The notes under the pieces are model-generated. The model saw only the letters and a list, made by a program, of their open reading frames with translations. It did not search any database and had not been told where the DNA came from. DNA of 64,000 bases from an uncultured Candidatus Saccharibacteria bacterium. GTDB taxonomy: Bacteria > Patescibacteriota > Minisyncoccia > Minisyncoccales > JAGGSE01. The stretch's first letter is position 1. Every line of letters begins with the position of its first letter. Below are positions 28,585 to 36,932 of the stretch, piece after piece. The translations under genes were made by a program, and so were the position numbers. Where the stretch lies: assembly GCA_964591195.1 (NCBI GenBank), contig CAZPZY010000001.1:7111-71110 (forward strand), given 5' to 3'.

Positions 28585-28793
28585 TCCTTGCTGAGGCATC
28601 TTGTTGAGGTGGAGCATATCGCAGCCGAGCCCCAGAATAGGTTTGCGCTTCAGAAAAGGTATGGACGGCTCGGCGAGATATAGAAGCGCCTGGGAATAAA
28701 TTTCTTCTTACCACTTACGGCGACTTCGTGCTCCCCGAGGCAAGATGCCTCAGCGAATTTGCTACCAGAGCGGTTAGCAATTAAACCAAACCT
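28585..28793 (+). ncRNA. candidate structured leader / cis-regulatory RNA upstream of trpS (family unknown)
   Basis: TATAAT at 28573-28578; 14-bp long-range helix 28590-28603 with 28741-28754; internal helices gccgagcc/ggctcggc and gcgcttc/gaagcgc in a pseudoknot-compatible order; two terminal hairpins immediately before the ATG. Confidence 0.3.
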
Positions 28794-29768
28794 ATGAATG
28801 TTTTCAGCGGTATTAGACCAAGTGGGGACCTACATATTGGCAATTATTTTGGGGCAATGAGGCAATGGATTGAACTCCAGAACAAATACAACTGCCTGTT
28901 TTGCATTGTAGACCTCCATGCGATAACCACCCCTTATGAACCCAAGGACCTTCAGAAAAACATTCTGGAAACAGCAATTGCGTACCTTGCTGCTGGTTTA
29001 GACCCGGAAAAATGTATTCTTTTTGTTCAATCAGATGTCAAGGAGCACTGTGAGTTGGCTTGGCTTTTAGGGACAATTACTCCTCTTGGCGACCTAAAAA
29101 GAATGACCCAGTTTAAGGAGAAGTCAAAAAGATATCCTCAATACATCAATGCCGGGCTTCTCAACTATCCTGTTTTGATGGCTGCCGATATCCTGCTCTA
29201 TCAAACAACACTGGTGCCTGTAGGAAAAGACCAGGTCCAGCATATAGAACTAACAAGAGAAATCGCCAGGAGGTTCAACAAAACATTCGGAAACGCCTTC
29301 AAAGAGCCAAAAGCATTACTATCCCAGGGACAAAAAATTATGTCTTTAGACGAGCCCAGGAAAAAGATGTCAAAAACTGGGAGCCCGAAGGGATACATTG
29401 GGCTTTTTGAAGAACCATCAAAAATAAGAAAAAAAATAATGAGCGCTGTTACTGACAGCGGGAAAACAATAAAGTACGACACAAAGCGGAAACCAGGGAT
29501 TTCTAACCTTCTGACTATCTATTCCCTTGTTTCGGGAAAAGATATCAAGGTTTTAGAAAGAGAACTAAAGGGGAAGGGATATAGAGAACTAAAGAAAAAC
29601 CTTGCCTCTCTCTTAATAGATTTTTTATCTCCCTTTAGAAGAAAACACAAGGAGTTTCTCACCCGGCAGGTTTATGTAAGAGAAATCCTAAAAAGAGGAG
29701 CGCATCGCGCCCGGCTCCAGGCACAGTCTACAATCAAAAGAGTAAAAACAAAAATGGGACTAATGTAG
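28794..29768 (+). CDS. trpS: tryptophan--tRNA ligase
   Basis: GIRPSGDLHIGNYFGA (HIGH) and KMSKTG (KMSKS); ~324 aa. Confidence 0.9.
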   Translation: MNVFSGIRPSGDLHIGNYFGAMRQWIELQNKYNCLFCIVDLHAITTPYEPKDLQKNILETAIAYLAAGLDPEKCILFVQSDVKEHCELAWLLGTITPLGDLKRMTQFKEKSKRYPQYINAGLLNYPVLMAADILLYQTTLVPVGKDQVQHIELTREIARRFNKTFGNAFKEPKALLSQGQKIMSLDEPRKKMSKTGSPKGYIGLFEEPSKIRKKIMSAVTDSGKTIKYDTKRKPGISNLLTIYSLVSGKDIKVLERELKGKGYRELKKNLASLLIDFLSPFRRKHKEFLTRQVYVREILKRGAHRARLQAQSTIKRVKTKMGLM

Positions 29769-29774
29769 GCTGCC

Positions 29775-29803
29775 TTTACATTTAGAAATTTTCCCTCTAT
29801 AAT
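29775..29803 (+). promoter_or_regulatory. sigma70-like promoter for the rib operon (TTTACA-17 nt-TATAAT)
   Basis: TTTACA 29775-29780, 17-nt spacer, TATAAT 29798-29803, ~25 nt upstream of the riboswitch aptamer. Confidence 0.4.
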
Positions 29804-29827
29804 ATAATTAGATATTTGAATTTTGTT

Positions 29828-30012
29828 GATAAAATTCCTTCGGGGTCGGGTGACCTCTCCTTGGCACAAAACTGCGGGAAGAGGAATTCCCAATCGGTGG
29901 TATAGCCCACGACTCTCGCCAAAAGCGGGACTGAACTGGTGAAATTCCAGTGCCGACCGTATAGTCGGGATGAAAGAAGGAATATTAACTGCCCCCGAAG
30001 GGGGCTTTTTAA
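29828..30012 (+). promoter_or_regulatory. FMN riboswitch (RFN element) with intrinsic terminator expression platform
   Basis: TTCGGGGTCGGGTGA...AATTCCCAATCGGTGGTATAGCCCACGA...GGTGAAATTCCAGTGCCGACCGTATAGTCGGGATGAAAGAAGG matches the RFN consensus; followed by GCCCCCGAAGGGGGC + TTTTTAATTTT terminator just before ribE. Confidence 0.85.
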
Positions 30013-30016
30013 TTTT

Positions 30017-30595
30017 ATGTTTACTGGTATTATAAGCCATCTTGGGAAGCTAAAGAAGGTAAAACAATCAAGATATACCTTCTTTGCCCCTAAATCTCTT
30101 TTGAAAAAACTAAAAAAAGGAGGGAGTATAGCGGTCAATGGTGTTTGTCTGACAGTGGTCTCTTTGGGCAAAACAACCTTCTCGGTTGATGTAATGCCTG
30201 AAACAATAAAAAAGACCTCTCTCGGCGACCTGAAGCCCGGAGATTATGTCAATCTGGAAAGACCTGTCTCGGCCAGAGGTCTTTTTGAAGGACATATCGT
30301 ATTGGGGCATATTGATCAAACAGGTACAATTGTTTCTATTAGAAAACAAGGAAACAGTTGGATCTTCAGGTTCAAGGCTCCACCTTCTGTTTTGAAATAT
30401 CTGGTCAATAAGGGCTCAGTGGCAATCAATGGCATATCCTTGACAGTAATTAAAACAGAGAAAGATTCTTTTACCGTAGGAATTATTCCCCATACCTGGA
30501 AAAAGACAATGCTTCACTTTGCTAAACCAGGAGATAGGGTAAACATTGAGGTGGATATTCTTGCCAAGCATATCAAAAAATTTCTTAAAGGATAG
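30017..30595 (+). CDS. ribE: riboflavin synthase (start at MFTGII; the 29939 start in the ORF track would read through the riboswitch)
   Basis: MFTGIISHLGKL canonical N-terminus; internal duplication with ...GISLTV repeats. Confidence 0.85.
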   Translation: MFTGIISHLGKLKKVKQSRYTFFAPKSLLKKLKKGGSIAVNGVCLTVVSLGKTTFSVDVMPETIKKTSLGDLKPGDYVNLERPVSARGLFEGHIVLGHIDQTGTIVSIRKQGNSWIFRFKAPPSVLKYLVNKGSVAINGISLTVIKTEKDSFTVGIIPHTWKKTMLHFAKPGDRVNIEVDILAKHIKKFLKG

Positions 30596-30662
30596 TACAT
30601 ATTCGGCAGTAGCCGAACAAACCCTAAAACAAAGGGTCGGTTAAAAAAGAAGAACAACAAAA

Positions 30663-31079
30663 ATGAAGAAAAACAAAAAAATCGCCATTATTGTCAGCCA
30701 GTATTGGAAGGAACTGACCCAAAAATTGCTTAATTCCTGCCTTAAAGAACTAAAAAAAGAGGGGATATCTCAAAAGCAGGTTGATGTCTTCAAGGTCCCC
30801 GGCTCTCTTGAAATTCCTCTTCTGGCAAAAAAATTGGCTAAAAAAAGAAAATACAAAGGACTTATAGCCCTAGGCGTGGTGCTCAAGGGGAAGACCCTTC
30901 ATTTCGAACAGGTCTCTCAGGAGTGCATAAGGGGATGTATGAAGGTTTCCTACGATTACGAGGTGCCAGTTGCATTTGAGGTTATTTGCGCCTACAAAAA
31001 GAAAGATGTTTTAAAAAGAACAGCTCGGAGGGGCAAAGAAGCGGCCTTGGCGGTTTTGGAAATGATTAGATTGTTATGA
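30663..31079 (+). CDS. ribH: 6,7-dimethyl-8-ribityllumazine synthase
   Basis: ~138-aa lumazine-synthase-like protein in the rib operon (KIAIIVSQYW...). Confidence 0.75.
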   Translation: MKKNKKIAIIVSQYWKELTQKLLNSCLKELKKEGISQKQVDVFKVPGSLEIPLLAKKLAKKRKYKGLIALGVVLKGKTLHFEQVSQECIRGCMKVSYDYEVPVAFEVICAYKKKDVLKRTARRGKEAALAVLEMIRLL

Positions 31080-31705
31080 ATCCATTTTCTTCAATACCAG
31101 AAGCCGTAAAAGAATTTAAAAGAGGAAATGCCCTGATTGTCCTTGATAGTCCAAGGAGGGAAAATCAAGCAGACCTCATTTTTGCTGGAGAGAAAATTAC
31201 TCCTAAAAAAATCAATTTTCTTCTTAAAAACTGCCGTGGACTTATCTGCGCTGCCATCTCAAAAGAAATAGCCACTAAATTAAAAGTCCCTCTAATGGTC
31301 AGTCCGGCAGAGAATAAAGAAAAAACCGGCGTCCAGTTCATGGTCTCTGTTGATGCCAAAAATGTAAACTCCTTTGGCATCTCCTCTTCTGACCGAGCAA
31401 AAACAATAAAAGTACTTGCCAGGCCAAACTCAACCCCTGAGGATCTAGTCAGACCAGGCCACGTCTTTCCTCTTTTGGCAAGAGAGAGGGGGGTGTTAGA
31501 AAGACAGGGCCACACCGAGGCAGCAGTGGATCTGGCTAAACTATCGGGGCTGTCGCCGGTTGGTGTCTTGTCTGAAATTTTAGACGAAAACGGCGAACCA
31601 GCCCGGCTGCCCGAGTTGATAAGGTTCTCTATTAGGTTCAAAATAAAAATCATCACCATTGAAGACCTTTTCAGATACCTAAAGAAACATCCCCTCCGGT
31701 CATAA
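31076..31705 (+). CDS. ribB: 3,4-dihydroxy-2-butanone 4-phosphate synthase
   Basis: DSPRRENQADLIFAGE matches the DHBP synthase R-E-N-E-G-D-L region; ~209 aa. Confidence 0.8.
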   Translation: MNPFSSIPEAVKEFKRGNALIVLDSPRRENQADLIFAGEKITPKKINFLLKNCRGLICAAISKEIATKLKVPLMVSPAENKEKTGVQFMVSVDAKNVNSFGISSSDRAKTIKVLARPNSTPEDLVRPGHVFPLLARERGVLERQGHTEAAVDLAKLSGLSPVGVLSEILDENGEPARLPELIRFSIRFKIKIITIEDLFRYLKKHPLRS

Positions 31706-31821
31706 TAACCAGAACTGTCCGTGCCAAGGGGCTTGGCCAACTAATCAAATTGTTGGGCAGGGCATTATTTAAAATTGCCCAACCAAATCCTTTCGGCCAG
31801 ACTTTAGAACATTCTGCCTTC

Positions 31822-31850
31822 TTGATTATTAAAGAAAGGCCTGCTATAAT
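31822..31850 (+). promoter_or_regulatory. sigma70-like promoter for rpsF-ssb-rpsR; -10 only 6 nt before the ATG (leaderless-type)
   Basis: TTGATT 31822-31827, 17-nt spacer, perfect TATAAT 31845-31850; rpsF ATG at 31857. Confidence 0.45.
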
Positions 31851-31856
31851 AGAGAT

Positions 31857-32261
31857 ATGCGTTTTTATGAACTTACATTCCTTATCTCTGCTGATGTCTC
31901 TGAGGAAGAAATAAAAAATCTGAGAGAAAAAATTACTTCGCTGGTCCAGAAAGAAGGAGTTCTAATCAATGGCCCCTTCTTCCAGAAAAGGCCGCTCGCT
32001 TACCCTATAAAAAAGCGGGACTGGGCCATTTTTGGAACCCTTGACTTCCAAATGAAGCCCAATGCCCTGATTAAGTTTGAAAGGAGGTTAAAGTCAGACC
32101 CTCGCATTCTCCGCTATCTCTTGATAAGAGAGGAAGAATGGAAAAGGGCAACCAGGACACCGCAGCCCTCTGTTCTCAAGAAAAAAACCAAAATATATAA
32201 GAGGGAAAAGGTCGAATTGAAGGAAATAGATAAAAAATTGGAAGAGATATTAGGGAAATAA
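31857..32261 (+). CDS. rpsF: 30S ribosomal protein S6
   Basis: MRFYELTFLISADVSEEE matches the S6 N-terminus (MRHYEIVFMV...). Confidence 0.85.
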   Translation: MRFYELTFLISADVSEEEIKNLREKITSLVQKEGVLINGPFFQKRPLAYPIKKRDWAIFGTLDFQMKPNALIKFERRLKSDPRILRYLLIREEEWKRATRTPQPSVLKKKTKIYKREKVELKEIDKKLEEILGK

Positions 32262-32262
32262 T

Positions 32263-32697
32263 ATGAATCTTAACAAGGCCTTCTTAATCGGCCGTTTAAC
32301 TGCTGACCCTCAAACAAAAAACCTCCCCTCAGGCACCCAGGTCTGCAATTTTGGATTAGCCACCGACAGATACTTTACTGACAAGTCCGGTCAAAAGCAG
32401 AAACAAACCGATTTTCATAACATTGTTGCCTTTGGGAAATTGGCTGAGATCATCTCTCAATATCTAACAAAGGGAGGCCTTGTCTTTATTGAGGGTCGGA
32501 TTAGAACAAGAAGTTGGGAGGATGCCTCTGGTCAAAAAAGATACCGGACAGAAATCATTGCTGAAAGAATCCAGCTGGGACCAAAAACGGCTGGGAGAGA
32601 AATCCCGCCAGAGCCAGTCCCGGAACCGGAGGTTAAAGAGGAAATCCCTATTGTAGAAGAAAATGAAGAGATTAATGTAAAGGATATACCCCTTTAA
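32263..32697 (+). CDS. ssb: single-stranded DNA-binding protein
   Basis: MNLNKAFLIGRLTADPQTK...FHNIVAFGKLAE OB fold; acidic C-terminal tail ...DIPL. Confidence 0.85.
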   Translation: MNLNKAFLIGRLTADPQTKNLPSGTQVCNFGLATDRYFTDKSGQKQKQTDFHNIVAFGKLAEIISQYLTKGGLVFIEGRIRTRSWEDASGQKRYRTEIIAERIQLGPKTAGREIPPEPVPEPEVKEEIPIVEENEEINVKDIPL

Positions 32698-32748
32698 TAG
32701 AATCGCAAAATCAAGGTTCAAGAATTAGAATTTACGATTTTAAATATT

Positions 32749-32946
32749 ATGGCTTGCTACTTTTGCCAAAGAAATATAAAAGAAATCAACTTTAAGGACG
32801 TTGAACTCCTGAAGAGGTATATTTCCAGTTTAGCCAAGATAAAGGGAAGAAAAAAAACCGGCGTTTGCGCCAGTCATCAAAGGAAGTTATCTAAGGCAAT
32901 AAAAAGAGCCAGATATCTTGGTCTTCTTCCCTATGTTACAAAGTGA
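32749..32946 (+). CDS. rpsR: 30S ribosomal protein S18
   Basis: CYFCQ...INFKDVELLKRYIS...GKI...RKTGVCASHQRKLSKAIKRARYLGLLPY typical S18. Confidence 0.85.
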   Translation: MACYFCQRNIKEINFKDVELLKRYISSLAKIKGRKKTGVCASHQRKLSKAIKRARYLGLLPYVTK

Positions 32947-32949
32947 GGC

Positions 32950-33945
32950 CTAGCCTTGAACTCCCTTTTTTTGAAGTATCTCCTTTTTAATTTGTTCGGC
33001 GATTTCCGGATTTTCCTTTAAAAATCGCTTGCTTGCTTCCATCCCCTGGCCTAGTTTCTTGTTCCCGTATTGAAGCCAACTGCCGGATTTTTTTATCACT
33101 CCAAATCCTACTCCTGTATTGATTAGGTCAGCCATCTTGGATATTCCTTCGTTATAGTATATGTCAAACTCGGTGGTCTTAAATGGTGGAGCCACCTTAT
33201 TCTTGACTATCTTCGCCTTAATTCTGCTCCCAATGATTTCATCGCCGTGTTTTATTTGGGCAATTCTTCTTAGGTTAATTCTCACCGAGGCATAAAACTT
33301 AAGGGCCAGTCCTCCTGGGGTTGTTTCAGGACTACCAAACCGCACCCCAACCTTCATCCTTGTCTGGTTGATAAAGATGACAATGGTCTTGGTCTTTGAA
33401 ATAATGCCAGAAAGTTTCCTTAGGGCTTGACTCATCAAGCGTGCCTGAAGACCAACCTGAAAATCACCCATGTCTCCAGTAATCTCTGCCTGGGGAACCA
33501 AGGCAGCAACAGAATCAACAACAATTACGTCTACCTTTCCGGATTTGGTCAATGTTTCAACAATCTGAAGCGCCTGTTCCCCGGAACTGGGCTGGGAAAT
33601 AAGAAGGTCGTCAACATTAACTCCAATCCTTCTCGCATAATCAGGATCCAGGGCATGCTCAGCATCAACAAATGCCCCCACCCCTTTTTGTTTCTGTGCC
33701 TCAGCCAAGATATGAAGAGCTAGGGTGGTCTTCCCAGAGCTTTCTGGCCCGTATATCTCAACCACCCTGCCCCGCGGCACCCCTCCTACTCCCAGAGCCA
33801 TATCCAAAGAAATAGAGCCGGTTGGTACCGCATCAACCTCAACAGGCCTTACCTCCTTCAGTTTCATTATCGTCCCTTGCCCAAACCGGCGATTGATTTC
33901 CTCAATCGTTTCCTCTAAGCCCTCTTTTCTCTCCTCTTTTTTCAT
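32950..33945 (-). CDS. recA: recombinase RecA
   Basis: [18 protein letters not shown] Walker A, L1/L2 regions; 331 aa. Confidence 0.95.
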   Translation of the reverse strand: MKKEERKEGLEETIEEINRRFGQGTIMKLKEVRPVEVDAVPTGSISLDMALGVGGVPRGRVVEIYGPESSGKTTLALHILAEAQKQKGVGAFVDAEHALDPDYARRIGVNVDDLLISQPSSGEQALQIVETLTKSGKVDVIVVDSVAALVPQAEITGDMGDFQVGLQARLMSQALRKLSGIISKTKTIVIFINQTRMKVGVRFGSPETTPGGLALKFYASVRINLRRIAQIKHGDEIIGSRIKAKIVKNKVAPPFKTTEFDIYYNEGISKMADLINTGVGFGVIKKSGSWLQYGNKKLGQGMEASKRFLKENPEIAEQIKKEILQKKGVQG

Positions 33946-33999
33946 CTTGGTCCTTTCATTTTATCCCTTTGGCTTCTTCCTGTCAAACACAATATCCTG

Positions 34000-35268
34000 T
34001 TAAAACAACACTCCCTGCTCGCCTGAAAAATTTTTTCTCTCTTCTTCTGAAAAAACCCTTATCCTCCCGTACACACCGTCATAGCCCGGCTCTCTTATTA
34101 CCTGTCCCTCTCTTGCCCTTATTATCCCCTCGGCAAGTTCTGGCAAGGTAATTCTTTCCAGGTCCTCCCTCTTTGCTTTTAATAAAACATTGAATTCTGA
34201 ACCAAATCTTTTAATTAATTTTTTGTATTCCTTTTCTACCTGAATTGTCTCAGGTCCCACCCCAAACACCTCAGAAATAATCTCAGCCAAAGGAATCAAG
34301 CTCTTAAAGGGAATAGCCCCTTTGGGATGAAAACCAACAGGTCTGTCAGCCAATTGCTCAACCCGATTTAAAACCCCAATCGTTAAAGGTCTACCGCAGC
34401 GGGGGCAGATCCCATTATATTTTTTGGTCTCATGAGGAGAAAGGGAGATATGGCAAAGCCGGTGACCGTCGTAATGATACTTCCCTTCCTCTGGATAGAA
34501 TTCAATGGTGTATAAAAATTTTTTGGGGTCCTTTCTTTTTACTGCTTCTATAATTGAAAAATAATTTAACTCTGTGTCAAAGACATTTGCCTCCCGTCCA
34601 ATTTTTTGGGGGCTATGGGCATCAGAATTTGAAATCAAACTAATCCTTCGGCCATCTGGAATTCGCCAAAGCATTGCCGGGTCAGCGCTTAGTCCTGTCT
34701 CTCCGGCATAGATGTACCTTGAATGCTCCTCAAAACACTCCTCTAAAGAATCAAATCCAGAACGAGAGCCAAAAAGAGAAAACCAAGGGGTCATCAGGTG
34801 GGCTCCAAGGACCAAACAATTTTCAGAGGTATTCAAAACAATCTTCGCCAGTTCCTTAGCGTCCAGTCCTAAAATAGGCCTGCCATCTGCTTTCAAATTG
34901 CCAATCAGAGACAATCGGGCATTGATTTTTTCAACAATCTCAAGAGAAGGAGAAAATATCAAAATATGGATTTTTCTTACCCTTCCTCCCTTGGAATAAA
35001 TACAACTGACCTCAGTAGTTAAAATAAAGCGTATCTGCTCAGGACCCGAGAACTGATGCCTTAATCTATATAGCCCTGGCTCTGCCGGCTCTAATTTCTC
35101 TTTTAGGTTCTTAAACCACTCAGGATGGGTATAATCTCCAGTCGCTATAACCTTTATTCCTTTAATCTCAGCCCACTTGGCTATATTCTCTAAATCCATC
35201 TGTGGGCTTGTTGCCCGAGAGTATCTGCTGTGAATATGGAAATCAGCAATAAAGTGCATTTTAACCAA
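34000..35268 (-). CDS. PHP-domain nuclease, endonuclease Q-like (with zinc ribbon)
   Basis: N-terminal FIADFHIHSRYSRA PHP motif; CPRCGRP zinc-ribbon-like motif; ~420 aa as in EndoQ. Confidence 0.45.
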   Translation of the reverse strand: MVKMHFIADFHIHSRYSRATSPQMDLENIAKWAEIKGIKVIATGDYTHPEWFKNLKEKLEPAEPGLYRLRHQFSGPEQIRFILTTEVSCIYSKGGRVRKIHILIFSPSLEIVEKINARLSLIGNLKADGRPILGLDAKELAKIVLNTSENCLVLGAHLMTPWFSLFGSRSGFDSLEECFEEHSRYIYAGETGLSADPAMLWRIPDGRRISLISNSDAHSPQKIGREANVFDTELNYFSIIEAVKRKDPKKFLYTIEFYPEEGKYHYDGHRLCHISLSPHETKKYNGICPRCGRPLTIGVLNRVEQLADRPVGFHPKGAIPFKSLIPLAEIISEVFGVGPETIQVEKEYKKLIKRFGSEFNVLLKAKREDLERITLPELAEGIIRAREGQVIREPGYDGVYGRIRVFSEEERKNFSGEQGVLF

Positions 35269-35279
35269 CGCCTACAACG

Positions 35280-36419
35280 TCATCCTTTTATTTTTCCTTC
35301 CCTGTCTATCTGCCTCTTTAATATCCGGGTATCAGAAATTGGCTTTCCGTCTTCGGCTAAAACAAACCTTATTTTTACAATCTTGATTGGCTTCTTTTTT
35401 AACTGCCTTCTCTTTTGGTTAATCAAAAGAGCCGTCTTTTCGGTCTCTGGCGAAACCACGATATAATCAAAATCCTCTTCAATAGTGGAACCAACTCTGT
35501 CTTCAATCTTGACAATCTCTGCCTCTTTATTAAATTCCTTTTTTACAAATGCCTCCAGCGCCTTCTTTCTTGCCTCAAATTTTTTTACCTTTCTTTTTTT
35601 TAGGGATTTAGCCATTTTGTCTGAGGTCAGCCCAATAAAAACATCGCCTAAATCAAAAGCCTTTTTTAGCAATCTTCTATGCCCTCGATGAATAACCTCA
35701 AATGTTCCCCCAACAACAACCCGGGGGTTTGCCAAAATTGTTCCCCTAAAGGACTCCCTCCTTAGCAGCCTCTTTAGGTTATCCAGATTGCTGCTGACAG
35801 TAATGACCCTTAGTCCCTGTCTTTTTGCCAGCCGCGCAGCAACCGGATCCACTGGGGTGTGGAGCCCCGGGGACCACCTGCTTGGAATTAGTTTCAAGTA
35901 ATCATCCCAAAAGAGCTTCTTTATTGGCCTGGCTTTTGGGTCCTTCTTAATATCTGCCGTGTAAACATAGCCTGCCTCACTCAAATTAATAACCTCCCTT
36001 ATTCCAAAATCAAGAGCAATCTGACAGGCAACATAATCAGTAGACCATCCCGGTCTCCAACCAGAAGCAATTATTATTGAATGGGAATCAAAACTGAGCA
36101 CCTTGCCCCTTTCATCTAAAATAACTGGCTCGGCATAATCTTTAAAAATTGTTCTTAAAAAATGGGCATTGAGACGGGTTGCGTGAATCCCCAGCCAGTC
36201 CTTATCTTCATCTTTTACCCAGGTGATTCTCTTGGCCGCCTCCTGATAGCGACGGGTAATCCCTCCCCCTCCAGGAACAATAATAAACCTCTTTCCTCTC
36301 TTTATCTCCCTTTTTATAAAAAGAGAAAATCTTTTTAGAAAAGAAACATTGATGCTGTCATCCGGAAAGGCAATGGAGCCGCCTAACGCAATAACAAAAA
36401 TTTTACTCTTAAATACCAT
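35280..36419 (-). CDS. pyrH: archaeal-type UMP kinase fused to a C-terminal HxGH nucleotidyltransferase (PPAT/RibL-like) domain
   Basis: N-terminal IALGGSI...IIVPGGGG...VYTADIKKDPKARPIKKL...VDPVAARLAKRQGLRVITV closely resembles archaeal UMPK; C-terminal VVVGGTFEVIHRGHRRLLKKAFDLGD is a cytidylyltransferase HxGH motif. Confidence 0.6.
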   Translation of the reverse strand: MVFKSKIFVIALGGSIAFPDDSINVSFLKRFSLFIKREIKRGKRFIIVPGGGGITRRYQEAAKRITWVKDEDKDWLGIHATRLNAHFLRTIFKDYAEPVILDERGKVLSFDSHSIIIASGWRPGWSTDYVACQIALDFGIREVINLSEAGYVYTADIKKDPKARPIKKLFWDDYLKLIPSRWSPGLHTPVDPVAARLAKRQGLRVITVSSNLDNLKRLLRRESFRGTILANPRVVVGGTFEVIHRGHRRLLKKAFDLGDVFIGLTSDKMAKSLKKRKVKKFEARKKALEAFVKKEFNKEAEIVKIEDRVGSTIEEDFDYIVVSPETEKTALLINQKRRQLKKKPIKIVKIRFVLAEDGKPISDTRILKRQIDREGKIKG

Positions 36420-36524
36420 TTGTAGTTGTCAGATAATTTGGTAATATTTATAATGCCTAGGCTGTCACTGAGCGCCTTGTTCTCAGATTATCTGTTATAA
36501 TAACATTTTTGAAAAGATATTCCA

Positions 36525-36932
36525 ATGAAAAAAACAGAGGTCAAAAAGGTAATCAGGGGAAAGGGAAGAGGAAGGCGCCTGGGGTTTCCGACCCTTAACT
36601 TTCCCTTAGAAAAAGATGAAAAAATAAAAAGGGGGGTCTGGGTAATAATTCTGGAGACAAAAAGCGGATCTTTTCCAGGGATTGCCAATGTCGGAAGGCC
36701 AGAAACATTCCTAGAGAACAGAGAAACAATTGAGGCCCATCTCCTTTCCCACCCCAAAGAAACAATAAAAGAGGCAAAGATTGTTTTCTTTAAATATCTA
36801 AGGAAGACAAAAAAATTTAATGACACTAAAGGCCTAAAAAACCAAATAAAAAAAGATATTGAACAAACAATCTCTTTTTTCAGGAAAGAGCGCAAAAGGG
36901 CCCACACATTGAACATTCCTTCCTCTTTTTAA
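36525..36932 (+). CDS. stand-alone riboflavin kinase domain (RibF C-terminal-type)
   Basis: GKGRGRRLGFPTLNFPL matches the flavokinase GxGRG..LGFPTAN motif; 135 aa. Confidence 0.7.
   Translation: MKKTEVKKVIRGKGRGRRLGFPTLNFPLEKDEKIKRGVWVIILETKSGSFPGIANVGRPETFLENRETIEAHLLSHPKETIKEAKIVFFKYLRKTKKFNDTKGLKNQIKKDIEQTISFFRKERKRAHTLNIPSSF

Noticed and set aside
28585-28793. T-box leader upstream of trpS
   Set aside because: No AAUUAGGGUGGNACCGCG T-box sequence or specifier-loop/AGAGA-GNUGA features could be found, so it is kept only as an unclassified structured leader.
29939-30016. 5' extension of ribE to the ATG at 29939 (as in the ORF track)
   Set aside because: The extension overlaps the FMN riboswitch aptamer and terminator. 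The canonical riboflavin synthase N-terminus MFTGII begins at 30017.
31706-31821. Rho-independent terminator after ribB (GTTGGGCAGGGCATTATTTAAAATTGCCCAAC hairpin)
   Set aside because: The hairpin is not followed by a U-tract, so it cannot be supported as an intrinsic terminator. It is possibly a regulatory hairpin or nothing.
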